From an uncultured Eubacteriales bacterium (GTDB taxonomy: Bacteria > Bacillota > Clostridia > Oscillospirales > Ruminococcaceae): a stretch of DNA of 51,301 nt. This document shows positions 16,926-26,074 of this stretch, one piece after another. The stretch lies in assembly GCA_959605275.1 (NCBI GenBank), contig CAUHFD010000001.1:1-51301 (forward strand), read 5' to 3'. The translations under genes were made by a program, and so were the position numbers. Position 1 is the first letter of the stretch; every line of letters starts with the position of its first letter. The notes beneath the pieces are model-generated. The model was not told the DNA's origin. It saw only the letters and a program-made list of their open reading frames with translations, and ran no database searches.

Positions 16926-17924
16926 ATGAAAGCAGGAAAGGTGGGGCACGGGCATATTAATGCTCTCCAAAACATGAGAAAGCAATTACAAAGCAATAAA
17001 ACAACACCCGCTGTCGGTGCAAGAGGATATTTTCGTTGGAAGTGGCAGGAAGCAAAAAGGGAACGGCTGATGTATCTGTTCGTTTTGCCGTATGTATTTG
17101 TGTTCTTCCTTTTTACACTGCTTCCGGTCATCATATCCATCATTCTCAGTTTTACAAACTTTAATATGATTCGCACGCCGGAATTTGTCGGGATCAGCAA
17201 TTATTTAAAGATGTTTCTCAAGGACGAAATTTTTACCAAGGCATTGCAGAATACCTTTATTTTTGCGGTGGTAACCGGACCGGTAGGGTATATTCTCAGC
17301 TTTGCTTTTGCTTGGCTGATCAATGAACTGCCGCAGAAATTGCGCGCTTTTATGACGCTGATTTTTTACGGTCCATCCATATCCGGTAACGCTTATTTGA
17401 TTTGGGCGGTATTTTTCAGCGGTGACAGCTACGGTTTTGTCAACGGTACGCTGCGCCGGATGGGATTGATCAGTGAACCGATCCAATGGTTTACGGATGC
17501 CAACTATATGATCCCGGTCTTAATTGTTGTTATGTTATGGATGAGCCTGGGTACTTCATTCTTGGCTTTTCGTGCAGGCTTGCAGGGAATTGATAAATCG
17601 TTGTTTGAAGCGGCTGCCGTGGACGGACTTCGCAATCGCTGGCAGGAGCTTTGGTACATCACCTTGCCGTCTATGCGGCCGCAATTGATGTTTGGTGCGG
17701 TAATGAGCATTACAACGGCATTCGGAACAGGAGATGTTATTACACAACTGTCCGGTTTCCCGACAACGGATTATGCGGCACATACATTGGTACATCATTT
17801 ACAAGATTACGGTACGGTTCGTTTTGAGATGGGATATGCAAGCGCTATTGCTACGATTTTGTTTCTCATGATGATCGCCTGTAATATCGTAATCAAAAAA
17901 TTGATTTCTAAGGTCGGGGAGTAA
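16926..17924 (+). CDS. sugar ABC transporter permease (MalF/LplB-like; F1 of locus A)
   Basis: EAA loop LFEAAAVDGLRNRWQELWYITLP. Paralog of the partial CDS at 50490. The start is uncertain: in-frame ATG 16974 is an alternative, and neither has a good SD. Confidence 0.8.
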   Translation: MKAGKVGHGHINALQNMRKQLQSNKTTPAVGARGYFRWKWQEAKRERLMYLFVLPYVFVFFLFTLLPVIISIILSFTNFNMIRTPEFVGISNYLKMFLKDEIFTKALQNTFIFAVVTGPVGYILSFAFAWLINELPQKLRAFMTLIFYGPSISGNAYLIWAVFFSGDSYGFVNGTLRRMGLISEPIQWFTDANYMIPVLIVVMLWMSLGTSFLAFRAGLQGIDKSLFEAAAVDGLRNRWQELWYITLPSMRPQLMFGAVMSITTAFGTGDVITQLSGFPTTDYAAHTLVHHLQDYGTVRFEMGYASAIATILFLMMIACNIVIKKLISKVGE

Positions 17925-17973
17925 TTGCAAGCGGACGGGCATATACCGGTCGTAATTGGAGGGAACATTTCAA

Positions 17974-18837
17974 ATGAAGAAAAAAATCCTGAAAAGGCGT
18001 ATCAACCGTTCGGTAGCGGGAGATATCGGCGTCTTTTTGGTTTTGCTGATCGGCGGGCTGTTCATGTTCTTGCCGGTACTGTATATTATCAGCAACGCAT
18101 TTAAACCATTGGATGAGCTCTGGATTTATCCGCCGCGATTTTTCGTAAGGAATCCCACGATCAAAAACTTTACCGATCTTTCCATTGTGGCTTCCTCCTC
18201 GTGGGTGCCTTTTATGCGGTATGTTTTTAATACGGTAGCCATCACGGTGATCGGTACGGGCGGTCATGTTATTATTGCGTCGCTTTGCGCATATGCGTTG
18301 GCAAAGCATGTGTTTCCGGGTAGCCGGTTGATTTTCTCTACCATCGTTATTGCATTGATGTTTAATCCGGTCGTGACCAGCATTCCTAATTATCTGATCA
18401 TGTCTGAAATCAAATTGATCGACACGCTTTGGTCATTGATTATACCGGCATTTGCGCTCCCGCTCGGACTTTATCTGATGAAGCAGTTTATGGAGCAGAT
18501 GGTTCCGGATACTGTGCTGGAGGCAGCACGCATCGATGGTGCCGGCGAAGGGAAAATATTTTTTCGTATTGTAATGCCCATTGTAAAACCGGCATGGCTG
18601 ACTCTGATATTATTCTCATTTCAGTCTCTTTGGGCAACGGGAAACAGTTCGTTTATTTACAGTGAGGAATTAAAAACGCTGCAATATGCACTGAATAACA
18701 TTAAGAGTGCGGGACTTGCCCGAGCCGGTGCACATGCTGCCGGTACGCTGATTATGATGTTGGTGCCGATTACTATTTTTCTGTTGACACAAAGCAGGAT
18801 TGTTGAAACAATGGCAACATCCGGAATGAAAGATTGA
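17974..18837 (+). CDS. sugar ABC transporter permease (MalG/LplC-like; G1 of locus A)
   Basis: ATG 17974 is preceded by GGAGGG (17958-17963); the track start at 17956 is a TTG. EAA loop LEAARIDGAGEGKIFFRIVMP. Confidence 0.85.
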   Translation: MKKKILKRRINRSVAGDIGVFLVLLIGGLFMFLPVLYIISNAFKPLDELWIYPPRFFVRNPTIKNFTDLSIVASSSWVPFMRYVFNTVAITVIGTGGHVIIASLCAYALAKHVFPGSRLIFSTIVIALMFNPVVTSIPNYLIMSEIKLIDTLWSLIIPAFALPLGLYLMKQFMEQMVPDTVLEAARIDGAGEGKIFFRIVMPIVKPAWLTLILFSFQSLWATGNSSFIYSEELKTLQYALNNIKSAGLARAGAHAAGTLIMMLVPITIFLLTQSRIVETMATSGMKD

Positions 18838-18899
18838 TAGCTGATTTGTCAATAGGATAAGCAATATAAAACGGTTCCATGAAAGGATTGGTTTCCATA

Positions 18900-20459
18900 A
18901 TGGTGAAAAAAATATGGAAGGTTGCAGTTTGCATCACCGCTGCTTTGCTGCTGTTTTCAACGACAACATTGGCGATTGTACCTTATCAGAGCTATACATA
19001 TAACTACTGGAAAGAAAAGAAAGATATTCCGTCTGCCTATCTTCCGGATCAGGTTTATACGGCGGAGCAGATGAAGACGACTGCTTTAAAAAATCCTTCT
19101 GATCTGTTTATTGCAGCAGACGGTCGGTCATATATTGCAGATACCGACAATAACAGGGTGTTGATATTAAATGCTGATATGACGCTGACGCGGGAGATCA
19201 GGGAAATCACATATCGCGGGGAGACATCGGAGCTGAAAATGCCGGAGGGCGTTTATTGCGATAAGGACGGCGAACTGTATATCTGTGATACCGGAAATTA
19301 CCGTATAATTCGATTTGATGCGAATGGCATGATCAAACAAATTTATTTAAAACCCGATTCTGCTTTGCTGGATGCGGAAACCCCGTTTCAACCGACAAAG
19401 TTAATTGTGGATAAGTCTAAAAAGCTGTATGTGATCGCCAAAGGGATTAATATGGGCTTGTTGGAAATCAGTGAGGAGGGAATTTTAGATAAATTTATTG
19501 GCGCACCGACTGTTTATACAACGCCGGTGGAATATTTTTGGAAAATGATTGCCAGCAAAGAGCAGCGTTCCCGAATGGAAAGTTACGTTCCGACAGAATA
19601 CAATAATCTGTTTCTGGATCATGAGGGATTCATTTATGTGACAAACAATTCCGTTTCCGAGGAACAAATTATGGAAATGGTGGCTGCAAAGGATACCAGC
19701 GGAGATTCTGCACCGATTAAAAAGCTGACGTTATCCGGAGAAGATATTTTGGACAGAAACGGTTATTTTCCTCCGGTGGGAGATTTATTATTCCCGGTAA
19801 AGAATCAAGAGTACAGTACGGAAGACGATGAAACAAAGGACTATCTGAAGGAAAGCGAAAAGGGCCCCTCCAGTTTGATGGATGTTGTTGCTTCAGAGGA
19901 CGGAACATATGCAGTGCTGGACTCTAAACGCGGACAAATCTTTACCTATGACGCCGACGGCAATCTGCTGTTTGTGTTCGGTGGGTTGGGTGGTCAAGAC
20001 GGTACTTTCGTCAGCCCGGTTTCTATATGCCAATATCAGGAAAGATATTATGTACTGGACAAGGTGCTTGGTACGATTACCATGTTTTCCCGTACTTCTT
20101 ACGGTCAGGATGTTCTGGATGCGATACAGGCTTATAACAACAGTGACTATACGAAATCCGAGACCTGTTGGAATAATGTTATCCGAAAGGATGCAAATTC
20201 GGACATTGCTTATTTCGGCCTCGGAAAAATTAAACTGATGGAAAATGATTATCAGCAAGCCATGAAGTATTTTAAACTGGCAAACCGGCGGGATTATTAT
20301 TCCAAAGCATTGAAGCACTATCGCAATGATACGGTCGGAAAGGTAATTGGAATCACCGTTTTTGCGGCAATCGTTCTGGTTATGTTTACGGTGTTTATTT
20401 ATCGCACGATTTGCGGCATCATCCGTGTAGTTAATTTCGGAAAGGGTGGTGAACGATGA
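18900..20459 (+). CDS. extracytoplasmic NHL-repeat beta-propeller protein with a TPR-like region and C-terminal TM anchor (triad member 1, copy A)
   Basis: Signal/TM segment MVKKIWKVAVCITAALLLFSTTTLA. NHL repeats SYIADTDNNRVLILN and LYICDTGNYRIIRFD. C-terminal helical repeats (YQQAMKYFKLA) are followed by the TM helix VIGITVFAAIVLVMFTVFIY. Start chosen by alignment to paralog 40912. Confidence 0.75.
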   Translation: MVKKIWKVAVCITAALLLFSTTTLAIVPYQSYTYNYWKEKKDIPSAYLPDQVYTAEQMKTTALKNPSDLFIAADGRSYIADTDNNRVLILNADMTLTREIREITYRGETSELKMPEGVYCDKDGELYICDTGNYRIIRFDANGMIKQIYLKPDSALLDAETPFQPTKLIVDKSKKLYVIAKGINMGLLEISEEGILDKFIGAPTVYTTPVEYFWKMIASKEQRSRMESYVPTEYNNLFLDHEGFIYVTNNSVSEEQIMEMVAAKDTSGDSAPIKKLTLSGEDILDRNGYFPPVGDLLFPVKNQEYSTEDDETKDYLKESEKGPSSLMDVVASEDGTYAVLDSKRGQIFTYDADGNLLFVFGGLGGQDGTFVSPVSICQYQERYYVLDKVLGTITMFSRTSYGQDVLDAIQAYNNSDYTKSETCWNNVIRKDANSDIAYFGLGKIKLMENDYQQAMKYFKLANRRDYYSKALKHYRNDTVGKVIGITVFAAIVLVMFTVFIYRTICGIIRVVNFGKGGER

Positions 20460-21097
20460 TGACGGCAGTTTTAAGTAAATTTTGGAAGCAATTTCGATAT
20501 AGTTTTCACATTTTGACTCATCCTTTTGACGGATTTTATGATATCAAGCATGAGAAAAAAGGAAGCGCTGCCATTTCTACGCTTTTTGTTTTTCTATTGA
20601 TTGTTACCTTTATCCTTAAAAGACAGTTTACGGGTTTTGTTTTAAATACCAGCCGACCGTCTGATCTTAATATCTTTGCGGAAGCTGCCGGTGTTTTGCT
20701 GCCGTTTGGATTGTGGTGCATCTCTAATTGGTGCTTAACAACCTTAACGGAAGGAGAAGGCAGTTTTCGGGATATTTATATTTATTCCGGCTATGCATTG
20801 TTGCCTATGATTTTAATTAATTTGCCGATGATTGTTTACTCGAATTTTGTTGTGCAAGAGGAAGCGGGCTTTTACAGTTTCTTTATTGGATTGGCTATGG
20901 TATGGAGCGGCTTGCTGTTTATGGTAGGCACGTTAGTGACGCATCAGTTTACTTTATCCAAAACCATTTTTTCTCTTGTGGTGATTATTGTCGGTATGGG
21001 CGTGATTGCTTTTATCGGACTGCTGTTTTTTAATTTGATTCAGCAGATGTATGATTTTGTTTCTAATCTTTATTATGAATACAGTTTCAGAATTTAA
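20456..21097 (+). CDS. Yip1-family multipass membrane protein (triad member 2, copy A)
   Basis: ATGA overlap with the upstream stop and AAAGGGTGG SD. 5 hydrophobic segments. THPFDGFYDIKHEKKGS...WCISNWCLTTLTEGEGSFRDIY is conserved in paralog 42369. Confidence 0.7.
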   Translation: MMTAVLSKFWKQFRYSFHILTHPFDGFYDIKHEKKGSAAISTLFVFLLIVTFILKRQFTGFVLNTSRPSDLNIFAEAAGVLLPFGLWCISNWCLTTLTEGEGSFRDIYIYSGYALLPMILINLPMIVYSNFVVQEEAGFYSFFIGLAMVWSGLLFMVGTLVTHQFTLSKTIFSLVVIIVGMGVIAFIGLLFFNLIQQMYDFVSNLYYEYSFRI

Positions 21098-21112
21098 CGA
21101 GGAGGGTTATGT

Positions 21113-23677
21113 GTGCGTCTGAAAATAAGTAAAAGATGGATCCGTATCATTTCTGTCCTCCTTGTTGTTTTTTTAGTTGTTGGGTTTGCCTTCTTTTTGT
21201 TCAGCAATTCCGGCACTCAGGTGAATCGAGACAAAAGCAGGATCGGGAAAATCGTCAAAAGCACAAAGACTCCTATTAGTGATTCTATGCAAACGGTGGC
21301 GGAAAACGAAAAATATCGTTTTCTTTTTAACGGCGCCAATTGTCAATTCGGTATAGAAGTAAAAGAAACCGGAAAAATTTGGTACTCTAATCCCCAGGAG
21401 TCTGACGAACTGAAAAAAGATGTTAACAAGGCCAATATCAATAAAGTAAATTCGCAGCTTGTTATTCACTATTATAATTCGCTTTCTGAAGACAAAGAAA
21501 TGGACTCACAATCTTATGCCATAGAGCCGAAGCAGTACACGGCAAAAAAAATCAAGAACGGTGTAGAGGTCACCTATTCTTTTGCTTACCCGGAAAGTGA
21601 TGAGATTTATCCGAAAGTTATGACAAAAACGCGGTTTGAAGAGTTAATGAAAAAATTGACTTTCAGTGCCGATCAAAAGCTCATGAAGAAGTTATATTCT
21701 CTGATGAGTAAAAACGGGCTCAGCAAGGAAGATTATGCAAAATTAACCGAAAAGTATCCGATTTTGGCGGAACAGGATATTTATGTACTGCGTGAAGGAC
21801 AGATGAATGTTTCAAACAAGAAGAATCTGTCGAAATTATTTGAAAAGCTGGAATACACCAAGCAGGATGTTAAAAAAGATCATGAGGAGTGTCAATTTTC
21901 CGGCTCAAGCGGGGACGGAGAAAGTTATACGATCCCGGTCAGTTATACTTTGGAGGAAGATGGATTCCGCGCTGAGATCGACGGTCAGAATATCCGTTAT
22001 ACCGAAGCGGATGGTGGATTTTATCCGCTTGTAAGCATTGAATTTCTTGATTATTTCGGCTGTACCAAAAGTACTGATGAGGGATATTTTTTGCTCCCGG
22101 ATGGCAGTGGCTCTTTAGTAGATTTGCAATCAGACAATAAAAACACAAGTTTTGAGGGCTATGTTTACGGGAAAGATAAAGCGATTTTAAGTCTGAATAA
22201 AACTTCGTATAATGAGAACATCACCCTGCCAGTTAAAGGGATAAAGACCGGTAATGAAGCTGTTTTTGCAGTGATAGATGACGGAGACGCCATGGCACGT
22301 ATCCGAATGGAAAAAGCGGGGGACGGGATTCCCTATAATCGAATCAGCACAGCATTTGATGTCATGAATATGGATTATATCCCGATCGGAGACGTGGCAA
22401 CCCGCGAAAATTATTATGTTTATTCTAACGATATTTTCAGCGGAAAAATGTCTGTGAAATATTATTTTCTGTCAGGCGAAAAAGCAAATTACAAGGACAT
22501 GGCGGAACAATATCGGGAACATCTGATTCAAGCAGGAACGCTGCCGAAACAACCGCAGGAAAATAACAGCGCTATGCTGCTGGAATTTCAGGGCGCAGTG
22601 GATGCCATACAAACAGTGGCGGGTGTTCCGGTTCGTACGGTGCTGCCGTTAACTACTTTTTCTCAGATGCAGGAAATTGTGACCGGTTTGCAAGAAAACG
22701 GCGTAAAGCAACTGTCAATCACTTGTACCGGATATTATAAAGGCGGATATAAAACAGGTTTGCAGGATAAGCTTGCAGTGGAAAACAAACTGGGAGGAAC
22801 AGATGGTTTAAAACAGTTTGCCGCTTATCTGAAACAGCAAGGCATCGATTTTTATCCGGGCGTAGATCTGCAAAATGTGTCGAAAGATAGCTTGTGGGAT
22901 CGTTTTAACAGAAAAACGCATGCGGTTCGTAATATGACAAGAGAAGTGTTTCGTTTAAATCAAAAGTATCTTTTGTCGCCTCGATATTTACCGGAAATGT
23001 CCATGTCTTTCTATGAAGGACTGCAGAATAGTCAAATTCAAGGCGTTAGTCTGACCGGTTGGGGTAAACTGCTGTATTCGGATTTTAATACGCAAAGACC
23101 TGTTTTGCGGCAGGACAGTTTAGAGGCACTTGCGCAAAGCGCCGCACAAATAAAAGATGCCGGAGGCAAGCTGCTGATGGACGGACCGAATGCTTATATT
23201 TTGTCTTACGCAGATCAAATATCCAATGTACCGATGAGCGACAGTAGCTATCGCGTGACGGATTCTTCTGTGCCTTTTTATCAAATGGTCATTCATGGGT
23301 ATAAAAGTTATGCGGGAACACCGATCAATTACGAAGGAGAAGCAGAAATTGCTATGCTGCAATCTGTGGCGACCGGATCTATGCTGAATTTTAAACTCAT
23401 GGCTGAGCCGGGATATACGCTGAAAGAGACGGATTACAGTGAGATGTACGCTTCCGGTTACTCAGAATGGAAAGATGAAATTCTTTCTATGTATCGCAGA
23501 ACGGCTGATACGCTTACCAGAATTTCCGGAAAAAGAATGAGCGATTATCATATGCCGGAGACGAAATTGAGCGTTTCGACTTTTGAGGACATCACTGTTG
23601 TAGTAAACTATTCAGATAACGATAAAAATTATCAGGGACATATTGTAAAAGCAAGAGATTTTATTGTCATCGGGTAA
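21113..23677 (+). CDS. N-terminally anchored 854-aa extracytoplasmic protein, DUF5696-like (triad member 3, copy A)
   Basis: GTG start 6 nt after GGAGGG (21101-21106). TM helix WIRIISVLLVVFLVVGFAFFLF. Motifs YFLLPDGSGSLV, GIDFYPGVD and VPFYQMVIHGY are shared with 43069-45690. The DUF5696 label is from memory of how such proteins are annotated and is not verified. Confidence 0.6.
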   Translation: MRLKISKRWIRIISVLLVVFLVVGFAFFLFSNSGTQVNRDKSRIGKIVKSTKTPISDSMQTVAENEKYRFLFNGANCQFGIEVKETGKIWYSNPQESDELKKDVNKANINKVNSQLVIHYYNSLSEDKEMDSQSYAIEPKQYTAKKIKNGVEVTYSFAYPESDEIYPKVMTKTRFEELMKKLTFSADQKLMKKLYSLMSKNGLSKEDYAKLTEKYPILAEQDIYVLREGQMNVSNKKNLSKLFEKLEYTKQDVKKDHEECQFSGSSGDGESYTIPVSYTLEEDGFRAEIDGQNIRYTEADGGFYPLVSIEFLDYFGCTKSTDEGYFLLPDGSGSLVDLQSDNKNTSFEGYVYGKDKAILSLNKTSYNENITLPVKGIKTGNEAVFAVIDDGDAMARIRMEKAGDGIPYNRISTAFDVMNMDYIPIGDVATRENYYVYSNDIFSGKMSVKYYFLSGEKANYKDMAEQYREHLIQAGTLPKQPQENNSAMLLEFQGAVDAIQTVAGVPVRTVLPLTTFSQMQEIVTGLQENGVKQLSITCTGYYKGGYKTGLQDKLAVENKLGGTDGLKQFAAYLKQQGIDFYPGVDLQNVSKDSLWDRFNRKTHAVRNMTREVFRLNQKYLLSPRYLPEMSMSFYEGLQNSQIQGVSLTGWGKLLYSDFNTQRPVLRQDSLEALAQSAAQIKDAGGKLLMDGPNAYILSYADQISNVPMSDSSYRVTDSSVPFYQMVIHGYKSYAGTPINYEGEAEIAMLQSVATGSMLNFKLMAEPGYTLKETDYSEMYASGYSEWKDEILSMYRRTADTLTRISGKRMSDYHMPETKLSVSTFEDITVVVNYSDNDKNYQGHIVKARDFIVIG

Positions 23678-23744
23678 GGCGTCGGTCAAATTATTGGAGG
23701 TAAGGTGGTGACAGGGTACAACCGATTACAAAGGTGAAATCAAA

Positions 23745-23786
23745 ATGACCGGATTTCAGGTTGTACTGTTCAAATGGCAAAGATAA
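23745..23786 (+). promoter_or_regulatory. 13-codon upstream mini-ORF overlapping the permease start codon (possible translational coupling device)
   Basis: ATG 23745 sits 7 nt after AAGGTGA (23731-23737) and encodes MTGFQVVLFKWQR. Its stop is at 23784-23786. The permease ATG at 23774 has no SD of its own. Confidence 0.3.
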
Positions 23787-24667
23787 AGCTAACAATGAAA
23801 CAAAAGCATGATGCAAAAGGATATCTGTTTGTATTGCCCTTTATCCTTGGTCTTCTGCTGATTTTTCTGGTATGTCTCGGTACTTCATTGAAGGATAGTT
23901 TTTTTACCTTTATTCGCGTGGACGGCATAGCGGAACCTAAATTTGTTTGGTTTGAAAATTATTGGAAAGCACTTCGTGTCGATCCTGATTTTGTTCGTAT
24001 TATGCTGACTACGGTAGGCAATATGTTGCTGAATCTGCCAATCATTCTTATTTTCAGCTTTTTTGCGGCAAATTTGCTTAACCAGAAATTTATCGGACGC
24101 TCTTTAGCACGTGCTATTTTTTTCTTCCCGGTCATTGCTTCAATAGGGATTATAGCATCTTTTAACAGCGGAGACCTGTTAATGGGAATGATGGCGACAG
24201 GAGGACAGCAATCCAGTTCCATGATGTCTTCGCAGGTGAAAGATCTGTTGCTACAAACCAATCTGAATCATAATATTGTCGGCTATATTACCGGAGCGGT
24301 CGATCGGATTTATCAAATTGTGAACATGTCCGGTGTCCAGATATTGGTTGCTCTGTCGGGGCTTCAATCCGTTTCTCATTCTCTTTATGAATCGGCTGAT
24401 ATTGACGGAGCGACCGGATGGGAAAAATTCTGGAAGATCACGTTTCCGATGATGGGACCGATCTTAATCGTAAACGGAGTGTATACGATCATTGATCTGC
24501 TGACACAGACCGATAATCAGCTTATGACCATGATAAAGGGAACTGCTTTCAATTCCGGTCAATACGGTTTTGCCAATGCAATGTCATGGATTTACTTTTT
24601 GGTGATTACCGTTATACTCTGTATATTGGTGATCCCTATTTCCAGAAAAGTATTTTATCAGGAATAA
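23774..24667 (+). CDS. sugar ABC transporter permease (MalF-like; F2 of locus A)
   Basis: EAA loop LYESADIDGATGWEKFWKITFP. Paralog of 45683-46606. Confidence 0.8.
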   Translation: MAKIKLTMKQKHDAKGYLFVLPFILGLLLIFLVCLGTSLKDSFFTFIRVDGIAEPKFVWFENYWKALRVDPDFVRIMLTTVGNMLLNLPIILIFSFFAANLLNQKFIGRSLARAIFFFPVIASIGIIASFNSGDLLMGMMATGGQQSSSMMSSQVKDLLLQTNLNHNIVGYITGAVDRIYQIVNMSGVQILVALSGLQSVSHSLYESADIDGATGWEKFWKITFPMMGPILIVNGVYTIIDLLTQTDNQLMTMIKGTAFNSGQYGFANAMSWIYFLVITVILCILVIPISRKVFYQE

Positions 24668-24698
24668 GCCAAAAACATTGACACGAAAGGTGGGAGAC

Positions 24699-24728
24699 GG
24701 TACAGGATTCTGCTCCTGTACCTTTTTT
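24699..24728 (+). terminator. perfect 9-bp hairpin plus T6, ending at the GH29 start codon
   Basis: GGTACAGGA (24699-24707), loop TTCTGC, TCCTGTACC (24714-24722), TTTTTT (24723-24728). The ATG at 24729 follows directly. Confidence 0.55.
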
Positions 24729-26036
24729 ATGTACGAAGCAAATTGGGAATCACTGGATCAACGTCCGCTACCGGACTGGTTTGATCGGGATAAATTCGGA
24801 ATATTTATTCATTGGGGATTGTATTCTGTTCCGGCGTTTGCGCCCAAGCGAAAGGATGTTGCCCAGACCGGAGAAGCCTATGCGGAATGGTACGGTCATT
24901 TTTACCGACAAGAAGGAGGAGTGGTATGGAATTATCATCGACAGCATTATGGAGACCACGTAAAATATCAGGATTTTGCCTCCTCTTTTAAAGCGGAATT
25001 ATTCGATCCGGCGCAATGGGCGGAATTAATTCGAAAAAGCGGCGCACGATATACGACACTGGTATCCAAGCATCATGACGGCTATTGTCTTTGGCCGAGC
25101 AAGTATGCGTGGAATTGGAACACCGTAGATATCGGTCCGCATCGAGATATTTGCGGGGAATTAAAAAGCGCACTGGAAAAGGAAAAAATCAGGTTTGGAC
25201 TTTATTATTCTCTCTATGAATGGGATCGCCCGCTTATTAAAGAGAGTATAGAACGATATGCGTTGGAGCATATGATCCCTCAGATGAAAGAATTAGTGAA
25301 TTTATATCAGCCCAATATTCTTTTTACTGACGGTGAGTGGGATTATGACAGCAGTCAGTTACACAGCACGGAGTTTCTCCAATGGCTTTTCAACGAGTCT
25401 TCTGTAAGAGATAAAATAGTGGTGAATGATCGTTGGGGGAGCGATACCCGAAGCCGCCACGGCGGATATTTTACCACCGAATACGGGGAAGTATATATTG
25501 ATCGCGAATTCGATCCGTCAATACAACGAAAATGGGAAGAAAACCGAGGAATCGGTCATTCTTTCGGATATAACCGAAATGAAACTCTGGAAGATTATTT
25601 ATCGGAACAGGAATTGATTTATTTACTTGTGGATACTGTGAGCAAAGGCGGAAATTTGAATTTGAACATCGGTCCTTGCGCCGACGGCACCATACCCGTT
25701 ATCATGGAGGAACGCTTGCTCCAACTGGGAAAATGGCTTGAAATCAACGGAGAAGCAATATACGGAACATCTATGGTCTGTCGCGAAGGAGAAGGTAAGG
25801 TAAAATATACCCGAAAGGGCACCGATGTTTATGCTGTGTTCTGCGACCGCCCCGAGAAAACCGAAAGATTACATATGATAAAATCGGCAATGCAAGCCCA
25901 AATTCTCGGAACCGATATTTTATTGCCGATATCCAATGAGAAAGACGGAATTTCGCTGGATTTTTCCGATATCAGTTTGGCACATTTGCCGAAAAGCATG
26001 ATTTTTGCGGTTCGATTGACAGAAGCAAAAGTTTGA
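24729..26036 (+). CDS. alpha-L-fucosidase, GH29
   Basis: WFDRDKFGIFIHWGLYSVPAF, SKHHDGYCLWPSKY and LFTDGEWD are classic GH29 motifs. No signal peptide. Start set at the first ATG; the track start at 24678 is a TTG. Confidence 0.85.
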   Translation: MYEANWESLDQRPLPDWFDRDKFGIFIHWGLYSVPAFAPKRKDVAQTGEAYAEWYGHFYRQEGGVVWNYHRQHYGDHVKYQDFASSFKAELFDPAQWAELIRKSGARYTTLVSKHHDGYCLWPSKYAWNWNTVDIGPHRDICGELKSALEKEKIRFGLYYSLYEWDRPLIKESIERYALEHMIPQMKELVNLYQPNILFTDGEWDYDSSQLHSTEFLQWLFNESSVRDKIVVNDRWGSDTRSRHGGYFTTEYGEVYIDREFDPSIQRKWEENRGIGHSFGYNRNETLEDYLSEQELIYLLVDTVSKGGNLNLNIGPCADGTIPVIMEERLLQLGKWLEINGEAIYGTSMVCREGEGKVKYTRKGTDVYAVFCDRPEKTERLHMIKSAMQAQILGTDILLPISNEKDGISLDFSDISLAHLPKSMIFAVRLTEAKV

Positions 26037-26074
26037 TTGTTTGCGTAAAAAGGATGGATATGCATTAGAAAGGA

